From the NCBI GenBank assembly GCA_028696515.1, contig JAQVGX010000002.1, positions 1 through 44,830 on the forward strand: a DNA stretch of 44,830 nt, written 5' to 3'. Both the position numbers and the translations under genes were made by a program. The notes under the pieces were generated by a model. It did no database searches. It was not told the origin of the DNA and was given only the letters and a program-made list of their open reading frames with translations. Numbering within the stretch: position 1 is the stretch's first letter; each line of letters opens with the position of its first letter. Positions 25,093 to 34,516 of the stretch are shown in pieces. The stretch comes from Candidatus Dojkabacteria bacterium. GTDB lineage: Bacteria > Patescibacteriota > Dojkabacteria > JAHIVN01.

Positions 25093-26304
25093 TCATTTTA
25101 ACTCAAGTGCCATATAGGCCAGAGCTGCCGGGGCTACATCTGAAACATCTTTCAGGAACCCTTCCGAATCAACTATCGATTTTAAATTTGTTGGATTGAT
25201 AAACTCGACTTCCGGAAATCTTTCGAACCTTAAAACCTGAAGCCAAGGGTGTTCCATCAGACTATTTTTTATATCACTCAATAACGTTCCACCCCCACAA
25301 AGTAAAAATTTCTGAGGGTACACATCAATATCCTCAAATTCTTTTAGTGCAAGTTCCACTCCATCTGCCCAAACATTGGAATCTGCCGAGAACAGAGTTT
25401 TTATCTGCTCACGCTTTTTATCAGAAAGCTCTCTCTCACTGTATTGGATCTTTAAATTTTCTGCATCTTTATATGATAGATCGAATTCAGTTTCCAATCT
25501 CTTCGTAAAAACCTTTCCGCCAAATGCCATCATCTTTGTTCCCATGATACCTCCCTTTTGCACTAATGCAATATCAGTTGTTCCGCCCCCGATGTCTATA
25601 AAAATTGCACTGAAATCCTCTTTCACAGCTCCTTCATATGCCCGGGTTATCGCATAAGGTTCAACTACTATATCCAGAATTTCCAGTCCTAATGCTTGGG
25701 CAATCGACTTAAGAGAATTAAGATGAATTGAAGGAGCAAATGTTGAAAAAACCCGGAAATTGATATTTTTCCCTTGGAATTCGAGTGGATTTGTCACCCT
25801 AAAGCCGTCTATAAATGTGTCATTGATAACTGAGCTTATCTCTTCAACTTGTTCCTCGAGCAAACCAGTTTCTTCGGCTATTTCACTCTTCACATTTTGA
25901 AAGGCGCGTCCCCGCACTTTTTCAACGACCTCTTCGATTTCTTTCTGAGTAATTTTCTGATCCGGGGATTCGCGATCGTATTTTGCCATAATAGTCACAC
26001 CTTTCACCAATTCTCCTGCAATACCAATGATAACTTTTCTAGGAAGTTCAGTCTGCAATCCCTTGACAGCTTCTCCAAGAGCCAAATCGCAGTTTTCTAT
26101 AACGTTCTGAAGATTGATAATCATAGCCCCTTTCATCGCATCGCTTTGCTGTGCAGCACGTCCGTAACCAAGGATATGGACTTTCTTATCCCTTACCTCA
26201 AAAACACTTGCTTTGACAAACGATGTCCCGACATCAAGCGCAAGAAGCGTTTCATTTTGAAAATCAATCTTGTGTTCTTTTTTAGTGAATAACGGCAGTT
26301 TCAT
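25093..26304 (-). CDS. Actin-fold ATPase of the FtsA/PilM family
   Basis: Phosphate-1 is LLALDVGTSFVKASVFEV and phosphate-2 is FIDIGGGTTDIALVQKGG..FGGKVFTKRL. The length (403 aa) is typical of FtsA. I cannot separate FtsA from PilM by eye. Confidence 0.65.
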   Translation of the reverse strand: MKLPLFTKKEHKIDFQNETLLALDVGTSFVKASVFEVRDKKVHILGYGRAAQQSDAMKGAMIINLQNVIENCDLALGEAVKGLQTELPRKVIIGIAGELVKGVTIMAKYDRESPDQKITQKEIEEVVEKVRGRAFQNVKSEIAEETGLLEEQVEEISSVINDTFIDGFRVTNPLEFQGKNINFRVFSTFAPSIHLNSLKSIAQALGLEILDIVVEPYAITRAYEGAVKEDFSAIFIDIGGGTTDIALVQKGGIMGTKMMAFGGKVFTKRLETEFDLSYKDAENLKIQYSERELSDKKREQIKTLFSADSNVWADGVELALKEFEDIDVYPQKFLLCGGGTLLSDIKNSLMEHPWLQVLRFERFPEVEFINPTNLKSIVDSEGFLKDVSDVAPAALAYMALELK

Positions 26305-26409
26305 ATGATCAAAGTGATAGTAACATCTTATTATAATAGCAGTAATATTACAAAAAATAAACTGCCTTTTAGTGTGCTATAATTTAGAGCAATTGAACCG
26401 ATTCTTACT

Positions 26410-27015
26410 ATGAGTCCGAAGTTTACAACAATCATTTTTGATTTATCCGAAGTAATATTAACTGGTCTCAAGAACGTTGAAGAGAAACTTGCTCCCATTC
26501 TTAGAATTAACAGTCAAAAAGTGTACTCTCAACTACACGACATATCTTTACAGTATCTATTTGTTGGAGCAATCTCAGAAACTCAATATCTAAATACTCT
26601 TAAAAATAAGTATAATTGGAACATCTCCCTTTCTAATTTGAAAAAGGTAATTCGTTCAAATTTTATTAGGATTAATGGTATTTTTTCACTCTTAAGACAG
26701 TTAGATCAGAAATCCCTTCAGATGGCTATCTTATCCGATCACGCTCAGGAATGGACAGACTATTGCCAAAGGGTATTTAACTATGAAAAGTATTTTCAAA
26801 AGACTTTATATTCATTTCAAACAAAAAATCTAAAATCAAATAAGTACGCATACACTAATGCATTAAATATCCTTTCTGTTCATCCATCAAACACTTTATT
26901 CATAGATGATCAGAAAAAAAACATCGACCTTGCAAAAGACGCAGGAATAGAAGGCATAGTATTTAGATCAAAGCGGAAACTCTACTCATCACTTTCTTCT
27001 CTTAAGTTGATATAG
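26410..27015 (+). CDS. HAD-superfamily hydrolase
   Basis: Motif I is TIIFDLSEVIL (DxS variant). The motif III/IV region is TLFIDDQKKNIDLAKDAGIEGIVF. Confidence 0.6.
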   Translation: MSPKFTTIIFDLSEVILTGLKNVEEKLAPILRINSQKVYSQLHDISLQYLFVGAISETQYLNTLKNKYNWNISLSNLKKVIRSNFIRINGIFSLLRQLDQKSLQMAILSDHAQEWTDYCQRVFNYEKYFQKTLYSFQTKNLKSNKYAYTNALNILSVHPSNTLFIDDQKKNIDLAKDAGIEGIVFRSKRKLYSSLSSLKLI

Positions 27016-27042
27016 AACTAAAATACCAATATATATATACCA

Positions 27043-27072
27043 TTGAAATATATATTTATAATCTGATATAAT
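27043..27072 (+). promoter_or_regulatory. Candidate sigma70-type promoter for the methyltransferase gene
   Basis: TTGAAA (27043..27048), an 18-nt spacer ending in TG-a, then TATAAT (27067..27072), 28 nt before the ATG at 27101. Confidence 0.4.
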
Positions 27073-27100
27073 TCCCTCAATTTTCAGGAACAGCTATATA

Positions 27101-28057
27101 ATGAAAAAGACAAAAATTTCCCTAGGTCAACAAAGAGCAACAATGAGATACACCTCTCCATCAGAAATTTACTATCTTGATATGAGAAAGAAAAGTCTTA
27201 TCACAGGAACAGGTAAATCTTTGGTTATTCCATATGCTCTAAAATACATACACAAGCTCACCGATAAGACAACCATTATCCCTTCTGTTGTTGATTATGG
27301 CTGTGGAGAGGGACATTTACTGGCACATATAAAACGTAACATTGACAGGGCAAGACCAACATATCCTGTGAGATTTGTTGGAGTAGATTACAATTCTGAG
27401 CTGGTAAAAAAGGCAACTGAACAATATCCCGATATTGAGTTTGAACACCTTGATTTACTCAAGGAAGACCTACAGCATTCGTTAAAAAGAAAATTTGACA
27501 TTGCTATTGCCGTTAACACAGTCCATGAAGTATTCTCCTTTAGTTCAGGAAATGGCCATTTTGACGAGAAGAAAGGTCTAAGGGCCGTAAGGTACGCCTT
27601 AAAAAACATCATCAGAACAATTAAAAAAGGCGGACAATTTATTCTCTTTGATGGAGTAGAACATGATGGCAACTTAAAAAAACAGATCGAACTTGAAATT
27701 CTGCATAGACCTACCATTGACTGTTTAAAGTTATTCCAGCAAACATACAAACCTATGCATGTAAAGATCACTTGGCTTTCAAAAGACAAAGTTCGCATGA
27801 ATTTGAAAACATTCACAAGATTCATAACAAAAACCGTATTTCTTGATACTCCAACCTGGAAAATGGAACAAAATGAGATGTACCAATATTACAGACAAGA
27901 AGATTTTGAGGAAACTTTCAATAAATTAGGGCTCTCTATTGAAGCAAAGCTTCTTATTTCCCCGAACTTAGGACTCTGGAAATCGTTTGTTAAAATTCTC
28001 ACTCCAAATGTTAGTTTTCCTCACGAACATATTCTCATATCTGCAACTAAAAAGTGA
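27101..28057 (+). CDS. Class I SAM-dependent methyltransferase
   Basis: Motif I is VVDYGCGEGHLL, with an acidic post-I (FVGVDYNSELV), DIAIAVNTVHEV and GGQFILFDG. The substrate is unknown. Confidence 0.7.
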   Translation: MKKTKISLGQQRATMRYTSPSEIYYLDMRKKSLITGTGKSLVIPYALKYIHKLTDKTTIIPSVVDYGCGEGHLLAHIKRNIDRARPTYPVRFVGVDYNSELVKKATEQYPDIEFEHLDLLKEDLQHSLKRKFDIAIAVNTVHEVFSFSSGNGHFDEKKGLRAVRYALKNIIRTIKKGGQFILFDGVEHDGNLKKQIELEILHRPTIDCLKLFQQTYKPMHVKITWLSKDKVRMNLKTFTRFITKTVFLDTPTWKMEQNEMYQYYRQEDFEETFNKLGLSIEAKLLISPNLGLWKSFVKILTPNVSFPHEHILISATKK

Positions 28058-28122
28058 TTTGATATATAGGCAGACATAATATATAATGATTGGTATATAC
28101 TTAACGTTATTATATAAGATAA

Positions 28123-28722
28123 ATGAAAGCATACTTCTCAGCTACTTTAACCGAATCAAAAGGACACAAAGAAAGATATGATAAAATAATAAAAACTCTC
28201 CAAGATCTCGGCATAGAAGTTTTACAGTACGGATCTCATCAAGTCAGCCCGCACGAACTACTCAATCGAAGTGACGATGATATAAAAAAAGTTTATAGAG
28301 AACTAGATAAATTTCTAAAGGATGCAGACATATATATTTCTGAGATTTCGGAACCGAGCGTTGGAATAGGGTATGAAATAAGTCAAGCTATTACCCAAAG
28401 AAAGCCTGTTCTTGCTCTCAATTTTGAAGAATCAGATTTTCATCCACTTGCAACAATCCAAGGATTGAAGTCAAAATATATAACTTATAAAAAATATAAT
28501 ATCAGTACTTTAGAGCAAATTATCAAGGATTTTGTGCGAGATTCAAAAAGGAAAATTGATACTAAATTCATTCTGATCATCTCACCAGAAATTGATAGAT
28601 ACCTAGAATGGGCCGCAGATTATAAGAGGATGCACAAGGCCCAGATAGTGAGAAACTCTGTCGAAAAAGAGATGGAAAACGATAAAGAATACCAAAAGTT
28701 CCGTGAGCAAAATAAACATTAA
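28123..28722 (+). CDS. Nucleoside 2-deoxyribosyltransferase/DNPH1(Rcl)-like domain fused to a C-terminal ribbon-helix-helix-like segment
   Basis: KAYFSATL..DADIYISEISEPSVGIGYEISQAITQRKPVLAL matches the AEVT-PS-GVGYE-G-A-KP core of the family, including the catalytic-position Glu. The C-terminal KFILIISPEIDRYLEWAADYKRMHKAQIVRNSVEKEM has a beta-strand/helix/helix CopG-like pattern. Confidence 0.5.
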   Translation: MKAYFSATLTESKGHKERYDKIIKTLQDLGIEVLQYGSHQVSPHELLNRSDDDIKKVYRELDKFLKDADIYISEISEPSVGIGYEISQAITQRKPVLALNFEESDFHPLATIQGLKSKYITYKKYNISTLEQIIKDFVRDSKRKIDTKFILIISPEIDRYLEWAADYKRMHKAQIVRNSVEKEMENDKEYQKFREQNKH

Positions 28723-28754
28723 GTAGCAAGGAAAAAACTACAAACACAAAGGTC

Positions 28755-29414
28755 CTACAAGTTCAAACCTAACTGTGATTTCTCCCCCTTCTTTTCTTCC
28801 CTCTTCTTCTCAAGCATATCTTTGATTTCATTCTTCTCATCATCTAAATTCTCTACCCTGCTTTCATCTCCATCCAATATTTCTCTAAGAATAGTCATGT
28901 CATTCGTCAAAGTATCCCTGAAACTTCCATTGTACAAAGCTACCGCGGGATGATACATGATAACAAACAACCGATTCCACTTCCTGTACGCATTTCCATG
29001 CACCTGTGAAATCTTCAATTTCGGAAAGAATTTTGCCATTGCAAAACGCCCCAGCAAAACAAAGACTTTAGGCGTGATAATTTTTATAAATGCATTTGTC
29101 CATTCTCTGCAGGCTTGTATCTCATCATCCTCGGGATCACGATTTCCGGGAGGACGACATCTTACCATATTTGTTATGAACACATCTTCACGCTTGACAT
29201 CGATCGAAGCTAACAACTCATCCAAGAATTTCCCAGCCGCACCACAGAATGGAACTCCCTCTATATCCTCATTCTTGCCGGGGCCTTCACCGATAAACAT
29301 TATATCCGCTTTCGGATTGCCATCCCCGGGAACAACTTGAGTAGCAGTAGAACGAAGCCTACATTTACTGCATTTCTTACACTTTTCAATAAGTTGGTCA
29401 AAAGTTAACTCCAT
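28755..29414 (-). CDS. Uracil-DNA glycosylase, family 4
   Basis: CKKCSKCRL..VVPGDGNPKADIMFIGEGPGKNEDIEGVPFCGAAGKFLDELL..VFITNMVRCRPPGNRDP..HPA. These are the family-4 motifs including the Fe-S cysteines. Confidence 0.85.
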   Translation of the reverse strand: MELTFDQLIEKCKKCSKCRLRSTATQVVPGDGNPKADIMFIGEGPGKNEDIEGVPFCGAAGKFLDELLASIDVKREDVFITNMVRCRPPGNRDPEDDEIQACREWTNAFIKIITPKVFVLLGRFAMAKFFPKLKISQVHGNAYRKWNRLFVIMYHPAVALYNGSFRDTLTNDMTILREILDGDESRVENLDDEKNEIKDMLEKKREEKKGEKSQLGLNL

Positions 29415-29425
29415 TGGTGATGATT

Positions 29426-30070
29426 CTAAATCTGTTTGAGAACTCTGATGAGCAATAAAAACAACGATAAAGAAATAGCTGCAACCAAATAGATATAATT
29501 TGTCTTTTTGATATCAGCGATGACATTTACCAATTCCTTCTCCGGCAGGGACTGCCATATCTTATTTGTCGCTCGAATCATAAAGTTCACTCCAAGAGCC
29601 CCTAATCCAAGAGAGATGAGAATCAGTACCAGATCAATTCCGGAATACAAGGAAAGAACAATCATTGACAACACTGCCCAAAGAATTGTTATTTGTGTAA
29701 ATTTCCCGTTAAACACATATAGAGATAAAAGAGTATATATAAAGATATTAGCAAGAAAACAATAACCGACAAGATCAAGTCTGGCTCCGAAAATCAGAAG
29801 CCCAAACACCCCTAATGCATTAGTAAGAATGAATGCTGGAAAAATAGCTAACCCTGTTTTGCCCCACTTATAACTAAATAGAATCGCGATAATCCAAAAC
29901 AGCAATGATATCAGAAAAAATAACAGGAAAGGAAAGTAATCAGTAGGGTAGCTGAACTGAGTAAAAACAATAGTAAAAAGTGCAATTCCCAAGCCAGAAA
30001 TCGCACTTGACATTATGAGAGTATTCCCGTCCTGGTAATGCTTTCGCTTCATTATTGAGAGGTATAACAA
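29426..30070 (-). CDS. Hypothetical polytopic membrane protein
   Basis: 214-aa ORF (TTG at 30070; an alternative ATG at 30052 gives MKRKHYQ..) with 6 or more hydrophobic helices. No family recognised. Confidence 0.45.
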   Translation of the reverse strand: MLYLSIMKRKHYQDGNTLIMSSAISGLGIALFTIVFTQFSYPTDYFPFLLFFLISLLFWIIAILFSYKWGKTGLAIFPAFILTNALGVFGLLIFGARLDLVGYCFLANIFIYTLLSLYVFNGKFTQITILWAVLSMIVLSLYSGIDLVLILISLGLGALGVNFMIRATNKIWQSLPEKELVNVIADIKKTNYIYLVAAISLSLFLLLIRVLKQI

Positions 30071-30360
30071 CTTGTCAATATAGTATCAGGCAACGCAAAA
30101 TTTCTCAAGGAAAGGAAGATAATGTTGAATGTTGGGTGCAGATTGTTAGAGATTAGTTATTGGTATCAGCAGACTAACCGTCACCTACACAATGTATATA
30201 ATGTACTGAACGCACCTAATAACTATTAACGACCTTATAAGAAAGGATGTAATTGGCTTGTTCGCTTAAGTGCCTTACTGTTTCCTTGTTTTGCTGCTTA
30301 GCTGTTTCCTGTTTAACTATTTTACTACTTAACTATCAGCTATTTACTGTCCGCTATTCG

Positions 30361-30948
30361 CTAACCGCTCCTCAGCCTCAATTCCTCCACAACTCTCTTT
30401 CCCAGATTCCTGGCAACCTCCAAGGCAGCTTTATCTTTTCTCACGTCCCCTACCCCGCCACCTACCCCGGTAACACCAAAATGAGCCGTATCAACACCGT
30501 CCGAAACAACAGTCATTGAGTGAATGAGAAAGAAATTATGAATATCACGGATCACATATTCCTGTCCGCCACCTTGACAGCCGCCTACAGCAACAGCAGC
30601 TCCTACTTTGTTTTTCAAAGAGAAGTTTTTCCTCCTTAAGATGACTGACCTATCCATAAATGTCTTTAATTTCCCTGTGACCGACCCCATATATACCGGA
30701 CTTCCGACAATGATAGCACCTGACTCAACCATTTTGCCGAAAATCTCCTCTAAACCGTCTTTGTAAATACAGCCCTCATTCTTGCAGAAATCGCTTCCGT
30801 GAGCAGCGCAGTATTCTATTTTCATATCAGCAAGCTGTATTAATTCAATTTCTGCACCGGCCTTTTGGCAACTGCCGAGCGCTTCCTTAAGGAGAATTTC
30901 TGTGTTGCCACCTTTTCTGTGAGAACCATTTATAGCAAGAATTTTCAT
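30361..30948 (-). CDS. Flavodoxin-fold NAD(P)H-dependent FMN reductase / iron-sulfur flavoprotein-like
   Basis: MKILAINGSHRKGGNTEILL.., ..IIVGSPVYMGSVTGKLKTFMDR.. and GGGQE are typical of the FMN_red/ISF family. The DNA is noticeably GC-richer than its surroundings. Confidence 0.7.
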   Translation of the reverse strand: MKILAINGSHRKGGNTEILLKEALGSCQKAGAEIELIQLADMKIEYCAAHGSDFCKNEGCIYKDGLEEIFGKMVESGAIIVGSPVYMGSVTGKLKTFMDRSVILRRKNFSLKNKVGAAVAVGGCQGGGQEYVIRDIHNFFLIHSMTVVSDGVDTAHFGVTGVGGGVGDVRKDKAALEVARNLGKRVVEELRLRSG

Positions 30949-30998
30949 ACAACAATTTAATAAATACTAATAAATTTGAGTTTGAGTTATGAATTTAA

Positions 30999-31370
30999 CT
31001 AAACTATCTTACTCGTTCTCCACTGCTTGAAAAGAACGCATTTATCATTATCATTCAACTCAAATAAGAAAATTCCATCAATGTTTTCCCTTTCACCCGA
31101 AGGTTGTCTTATTCTTTTTACTTTCCAATTCGCGATCGCCGTGTTCCCATCTATCATTATTACTTCTCCGGAAAATCTCACATCCGACTGGTTTTGGGGA
31201 ACTACTTGCCAAACTTCCTGTACCTTCTCCTTGCCGATTAATGGTTCTTCTAAAGCGTTTTCATAATATTTTATGTCACTTGACAATAAATCTATCACTG
31301 CCTCGGGATTTCTATCCTCCCAGGCTTTTCCAAAATCATTCAGCCAGTTTGGGAACCTATCTTTATTCAT
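30999..31370 (-). CDS. NTF2-fold (SnoaL/DUF4440-like) protein
   Basis: 123 aa: WLNDFGKAWEDRNPEAVIDLLSSDIKYYEN..EPLIGKEKVQEVW...IDGNTAIANWKV...GIFLFELNDNDKCVLFKQW, the typical NTF2-like pattern. Confidence 0.55.
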   Translation of the reverse strand: MNKDRFPNWLNDFGKAWEDRNPEAVIDLLSSDIKYYENALEEPLIGKEKVQEVWQVVPQNQSDVRFSGEVIMIDGNTAIANWKVKRIRQPSGERENIDGIFLFELNDNDKCVLFKQWRTSKIV

Positions 31371-31404
31371 TTCCGGGTTTTAGTTTTTAGCTAATAATTT
31401 TGAG

Positions 31405-32592
31405 TTAAGAATATACCCCTATATCTGCAGGTAGATATTCTCTAAAATTTTCAGAAGTGATAACAAATTTGTCACCTTTTCCCTCAACCACTTGCTTGGC
31501 TATTACGCGGCACATTTGCTTGATGTTTCTTTCCAGCTGTCTCACGCCAGCATCAAATCCAAGCGGACGAATGAGCATAGGCCAAACACTCTCAGCTAGT
31601 TCTACCTGATCTTGTTTTAATCCGCTGGCTTTCAAAACCTTAGGGAATAAATAGTGCTTGGCTATCTGTTCCTTTTCTTCGTCAGAGTAGCTAGAGAACC
31701 GTATAATCTCTAAACGATCTAGAAGAGCTGCTGACAAGGTCGAGAGATTATTGGCAGTGGCGACAAACATGACTCTTGAAAGATCGACCGGATAATCAAC
31801 ATATGAATCTGAAAAGGTGGGATTCTGCTCAGGATCGAGAATCTCCAGTAGAGTAGCATTGATATCGGCCCGTCTCCCTTCTGCCTCACTCACTTTATCG
31901 ATTTCGTCCAGAAGAATAAGGGGATTCATCACTTCCGTACGAACCAGCGCTTTAATCACTTGTCCCGGTTCAGCATCAAGGAACGCCCTTGACTGCCCCT
32001 TGAGATCCGTAACACTTCCCATAGCTCCAAGGGAGATTCTGACAAACCGTCTGCTAAGCGCCTGAGCGATCGACTTGGCCATGCTAGTTTTGCCGATACC
32101 CTGGATTCCTACAAAACAAAGAATCGGAGCATGATGAGCTTCTTTCATCTTTGCCATCTTCTCATATCCTTCATCAACAGCTCCGACTTGATCCAGGGGA
32201 TTCAACTTTGCAACAGCCAGGTACTCAAGAATTCTCATCTTTACAGAAGTGAGTCCGAAGTGATTTCTATCCAGAAGTTCCTTAGCATTATCAAGCTCCA
32301 GATTATCCTCGCTGAATTTTCCCCAGGGAATACTGACGATCCAGTCGACATATTTTTCTATGAGCTCATATTCACCACTGTAACTGCCGAACTTTGCCAT
32401 CCTTCTGAGTCGGTTGACCATTTTCAAAGCCTTATCCTTCAATCCTATCGGAAGATTTGCAGTTTCAACTTTTTCGGACAATTCCTCAATTTCCGAAATA
32501 GTGTCCGAATCATTATATGAAGTGTTCGCCTGTGATACAGGAACATTCTTGAAATGTTCCACTCTTTGGGGTGTTTTATTCGGCTCTTGCAT
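31405..32592 (-). CDS. Lon-like AAA+ ATPase lacking both the PUA-like N-domain and the S16 protease domain
   Basis: The likely start is the ATG at 32592 (MQEPNK..); the ORF track begins at 32649. The Lon helical linker is YELIEKYVDWIVSIPWGKFSEDNLELDNAKELLDRNHFGLTSVKMRILEYLAV. Walker A is LCFVGIQGIGKTSMAKSIA and Walker B is LILLDEIDKV, followed by FVATANNLSTLSAALLDRLEIIRFSSYSDEEKEQIAKHYL. The ORF stops where the protease domain would begin. Confidence 0.75.
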   Translation of the reverse strand: MQEPNKTPQRVEHFKNVPVSQANTSYNDSDTISEIEELSEKVETANLPIGLKDKALKMVNRLRRMAKFGSYSGEYELIEKYVDWIVSIPWGKFSEDNLELDNAKELLDRNHFGLTSVKMRILEYLAVAKLNPLDQVGAVDEGYEKMAKMKEAHHAPILCFVGIQGIGKTSMAKSIAQALSRRFVRISLGAMGSVTDLKGQSRAFLDAEPGQVIKALVRTEVMNPLILLDEIDKVSEAEGRRADINATLLEILDPEQNPTFSDSYVDYPVDLSRVMFVATANNLSTLSAALLDRLEIIRFSSYSDEEKEQIAKHYLFPKVLKASGLKQDQVELAESVWPMLIRPLGFDAGVRQLERNIKQMCRVIAKQVVEGKGDKFVITSENFREYLPADIGVYS

Positions 32593-32707
32593 TTTGCTAC
32601 AAAATTGACTTACTAATGTACTGCTATTAACTGTACGAAGAATGAACAATCAATGTACCTTCTTTACTATACATAAGGAAAAGAATTTGTGCAAATTATC
32701 TTAAGCA

Positions 32708-33235
32708 CTAGGTAGTGAAATAGTGTTCGATCATGTCAAAGGTCCGAACAAATTGTTTATCTAGTCCTGAAGTCTGCTCTAGGCTGACCAATGCTTTTTG
32801 CACAATGTCACCTTTATTTAAAGATAATACTCTTCTGACATTTTCATATGTCTGATCTTTAATTGCTAATCTTCCTACAACACTTTCTATTTCATGCAAA
32901 ATAGCCTGGTTTACATTGCATCTAAGAAGCAGGCTTACTGAGGCAGATCTTAGAAGATCATCCACTAAGCCAAACACCTGAACCTCAGGAAGTCTCTGAT
33001 ATGCTTTTGCAGATTCAGCTTGCCCCATCACCAGACTTTCTTCAACAGAGGCCACAACATATAAAATTACAATATTCTTAGGAATTTTAAGCGGCAACCC
33101 TTGGGCTTCACATACCCCTCTTACTCTTGTAAACAAAATTCCCTTATCTACTATACCTTCTTCTAGCACTGCCCTCAACCCCTCAAGTGTATTTAAGGCT
33201 TTAACATGCTCAGGTGATAATTGTACTGTCTCCAT
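32708..33235 (-). CDS. Hypothetical soluble protein (orphan)
   Basis: 175-aa ORF with an ATG start and L/E/V/R/Q-rich composition, unlike the K/I/N-rich host proteins. No TM helix and no motif recognised. Confidence 0.5.
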   Translation of the reverse strand: METVQLSPEHVKALNTLEGLRAVLEEGIVDKGILFTRVRGVCEAQGLPLKIPKNIVILYVVASVEESLVMGQAESAKAYQRLPEVQVFGLVDDLLRSASVSLLLRCNVNQAILHEIESVVGRLAIKDQTYENVRRVLSLNKGDIVQKALVSLEQTSGLDKQFVRTFDMIEHYFTT

Positions 33236-33314
33236 ATCATTTTTTGACGAAAATTATAATTTCACTCAATCATATAATACTAAGCAAGTATCCACTTTTC
33301 AAGTTTTCAAGCAC

Positions 33315-34127
33315 TTATGCCTTTGCACCTACCGAAAACCCAGTCGGCTTTCCTCCCACTTTCACCCTCTCAACGAAACCGCTTAAGAATTTCCTCGCTA
33401 CAGCAATTTCTTCTTCTGTAAAGAGACCCGTATTAAATGCTCGGTTGAGTTCTCCAGGAATAAATCCTTCCCCATCAAATATCTGATTCATATATAGTTG
33501 CAACTCCCTTGGAGACAAACCTGAAATGATATCTGTAGTTAAATCATTTAAACCAAAATGTTTTACCTCAACAGCTTCCGCCGGAATACTTAGGCTTCTC
33601 TGAAATTGTATCCGTGCATCTGCTTGATTTCTTTCTGCTTCAATTTGAACCCTAGTCCGTGGCGCCCCTAAATTGATTCCCGGGATCAGCTCTATCTTCC
33701 GACGCATATTCCCCCTTAAAACTAATTCATCAATCACATTTCCGCCATCGACTCTAAGCTGGTTAATCCTAGCTGCAAATTGCTGCAACAAACGCTCCAG
33801 TTGTTCTAGATATAAATCTTGGTCTTGCTCTTGAAGCTCTAACAATTGTTCGGTATCCCCAGTATTGCATGCCACTATAAACCTATCTGAAAAAGATATA
33901 GATTCAGCTGGTGTTCCCATTTCCAAGGCTCGATCGACTACATAACCCTGTTCCACTAAAATGGCATAAAACCCAGGATCAACTCGTTCCGCTGCTTTCG
34001 CTACCCTTGCCAGTTCACACCTGTAATACTCTCTTCCAGCCTCAGTCTTACACATCCCATAGCCCTTCAGAACATTTGCAAAAGCCGTCTTTACTTGAGT
34101 TGATAACATAAGTTCTGTCTCTTCCAT
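33315..34127 (-). CDS. Hypothetical soluble protein (orphan)
   Basis: 270-aa ORF with an ATG start, GC-richer DNA, and a coiled-coil-like centre (QLLELQEQDQDLYLEQLERLLQQFAARINQL). No motif recognised. Confidence 0.5.
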   Translation of the reverse strand: MEETELMLSTQVKTAFANVLKGYGMCKTEAGREYYRCELARVAKAAERVDPGFYAILVEQGYVVDRALEMGTPAESISFSDRFIVACNTGDTEQLLELQEQDQDLYLEQLERLLQQFAARINQLRVDGGNVIDELVLRGNMRRKIELIPGINLGAPRTRVQIEAERNQADARIQFQRSLSIPAEAVEVKHFGLNDLTTDIISGLSPRELQLYMNQIFDGEGFIPGELNRAFNTGLFTEEEIAVARKFLSGFVERVKVGGKPTGFSVGAKA

Positions 34128-34190
34128 AAAAATCTATCTCTAAAATAAATTTCCTACTCGAATCAGATACTTTTGAATTTTATCGTATAC

Positions 34191-34219
34191 TTGACATTAG
34201 GATCAATATTCCGTATATA
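34191..34219 (+). promoter_or_regulatory. Candidate sigma70-type promoter of the RHH-PIN pair
   Basis: TTGACA (34191..34196), a 17-nt spacer, then TATATA (34214..34219). This position implies the antitoxin more likely starts at the ATG at 34249 than at 34222. Confidence 0.45.
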
Positions 34220-34221
34220 TA

Positions 34222-34515
34222 ATGGAATTACCTTTAATATACATTTATATGGTCCAAGACGATTTGATCCAAATTAAGGTCAGTTCACGATTTAAGAATA
34301 TGTTGAAAAAGATATCTCAAGCTCGTGGTCTGCCTCTTTCCACCTATATCAAATTTATGCTCACTGAACAGCTCAAAACTGATCCGCTGTGGAACTCCCT
34401 TGAGAGCTTAAACGATCAATCTGAGTTAGTAGACAAATACATTAAAGCTTTGAATAAGAAGGAAAAAAAGGTCACTCCGAAAAAGGCACAAGAAATAATT
34501 TCAAATTTGAAGTAA
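34222..34515 (+). CDS. Antitoxin-like small DNA-binding protein (RHH-like)
   Basis: IQIKVSSRFKNMLKKISQARGLPLSTYIKFMLTEQL has a beta-strand/helix/helix pattern. Its stop lies 1 nt before the PIN gene start. The real start is probably 34249. Confidence 0.55.
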   Translation: MELPLIYIYMVQDDLIQIKVSSRFKNMLKKISQARGLPLSTYIKFMLTEQLKTDPLWNSLESLNDQSELVDKYIKALNKKEKKVTPKKAQEIISNLK

Positions 34516-34516
34516 G

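Noticed and set aside
30071-30360. T/C-rich intergenic stretch with degenerate short repeats (ctgtttcc x2, ttaacta x2, ctatttact/ctattttact/ctattcgct)
   Set aside because: The repeats are short, imperfect and irregularly spaced. I found no stable stem, terminator or conserved RNA motif. It is probably a decayed sequence or a low-complexity spacer at the island boundary, which I cannot substantiate further by eye.
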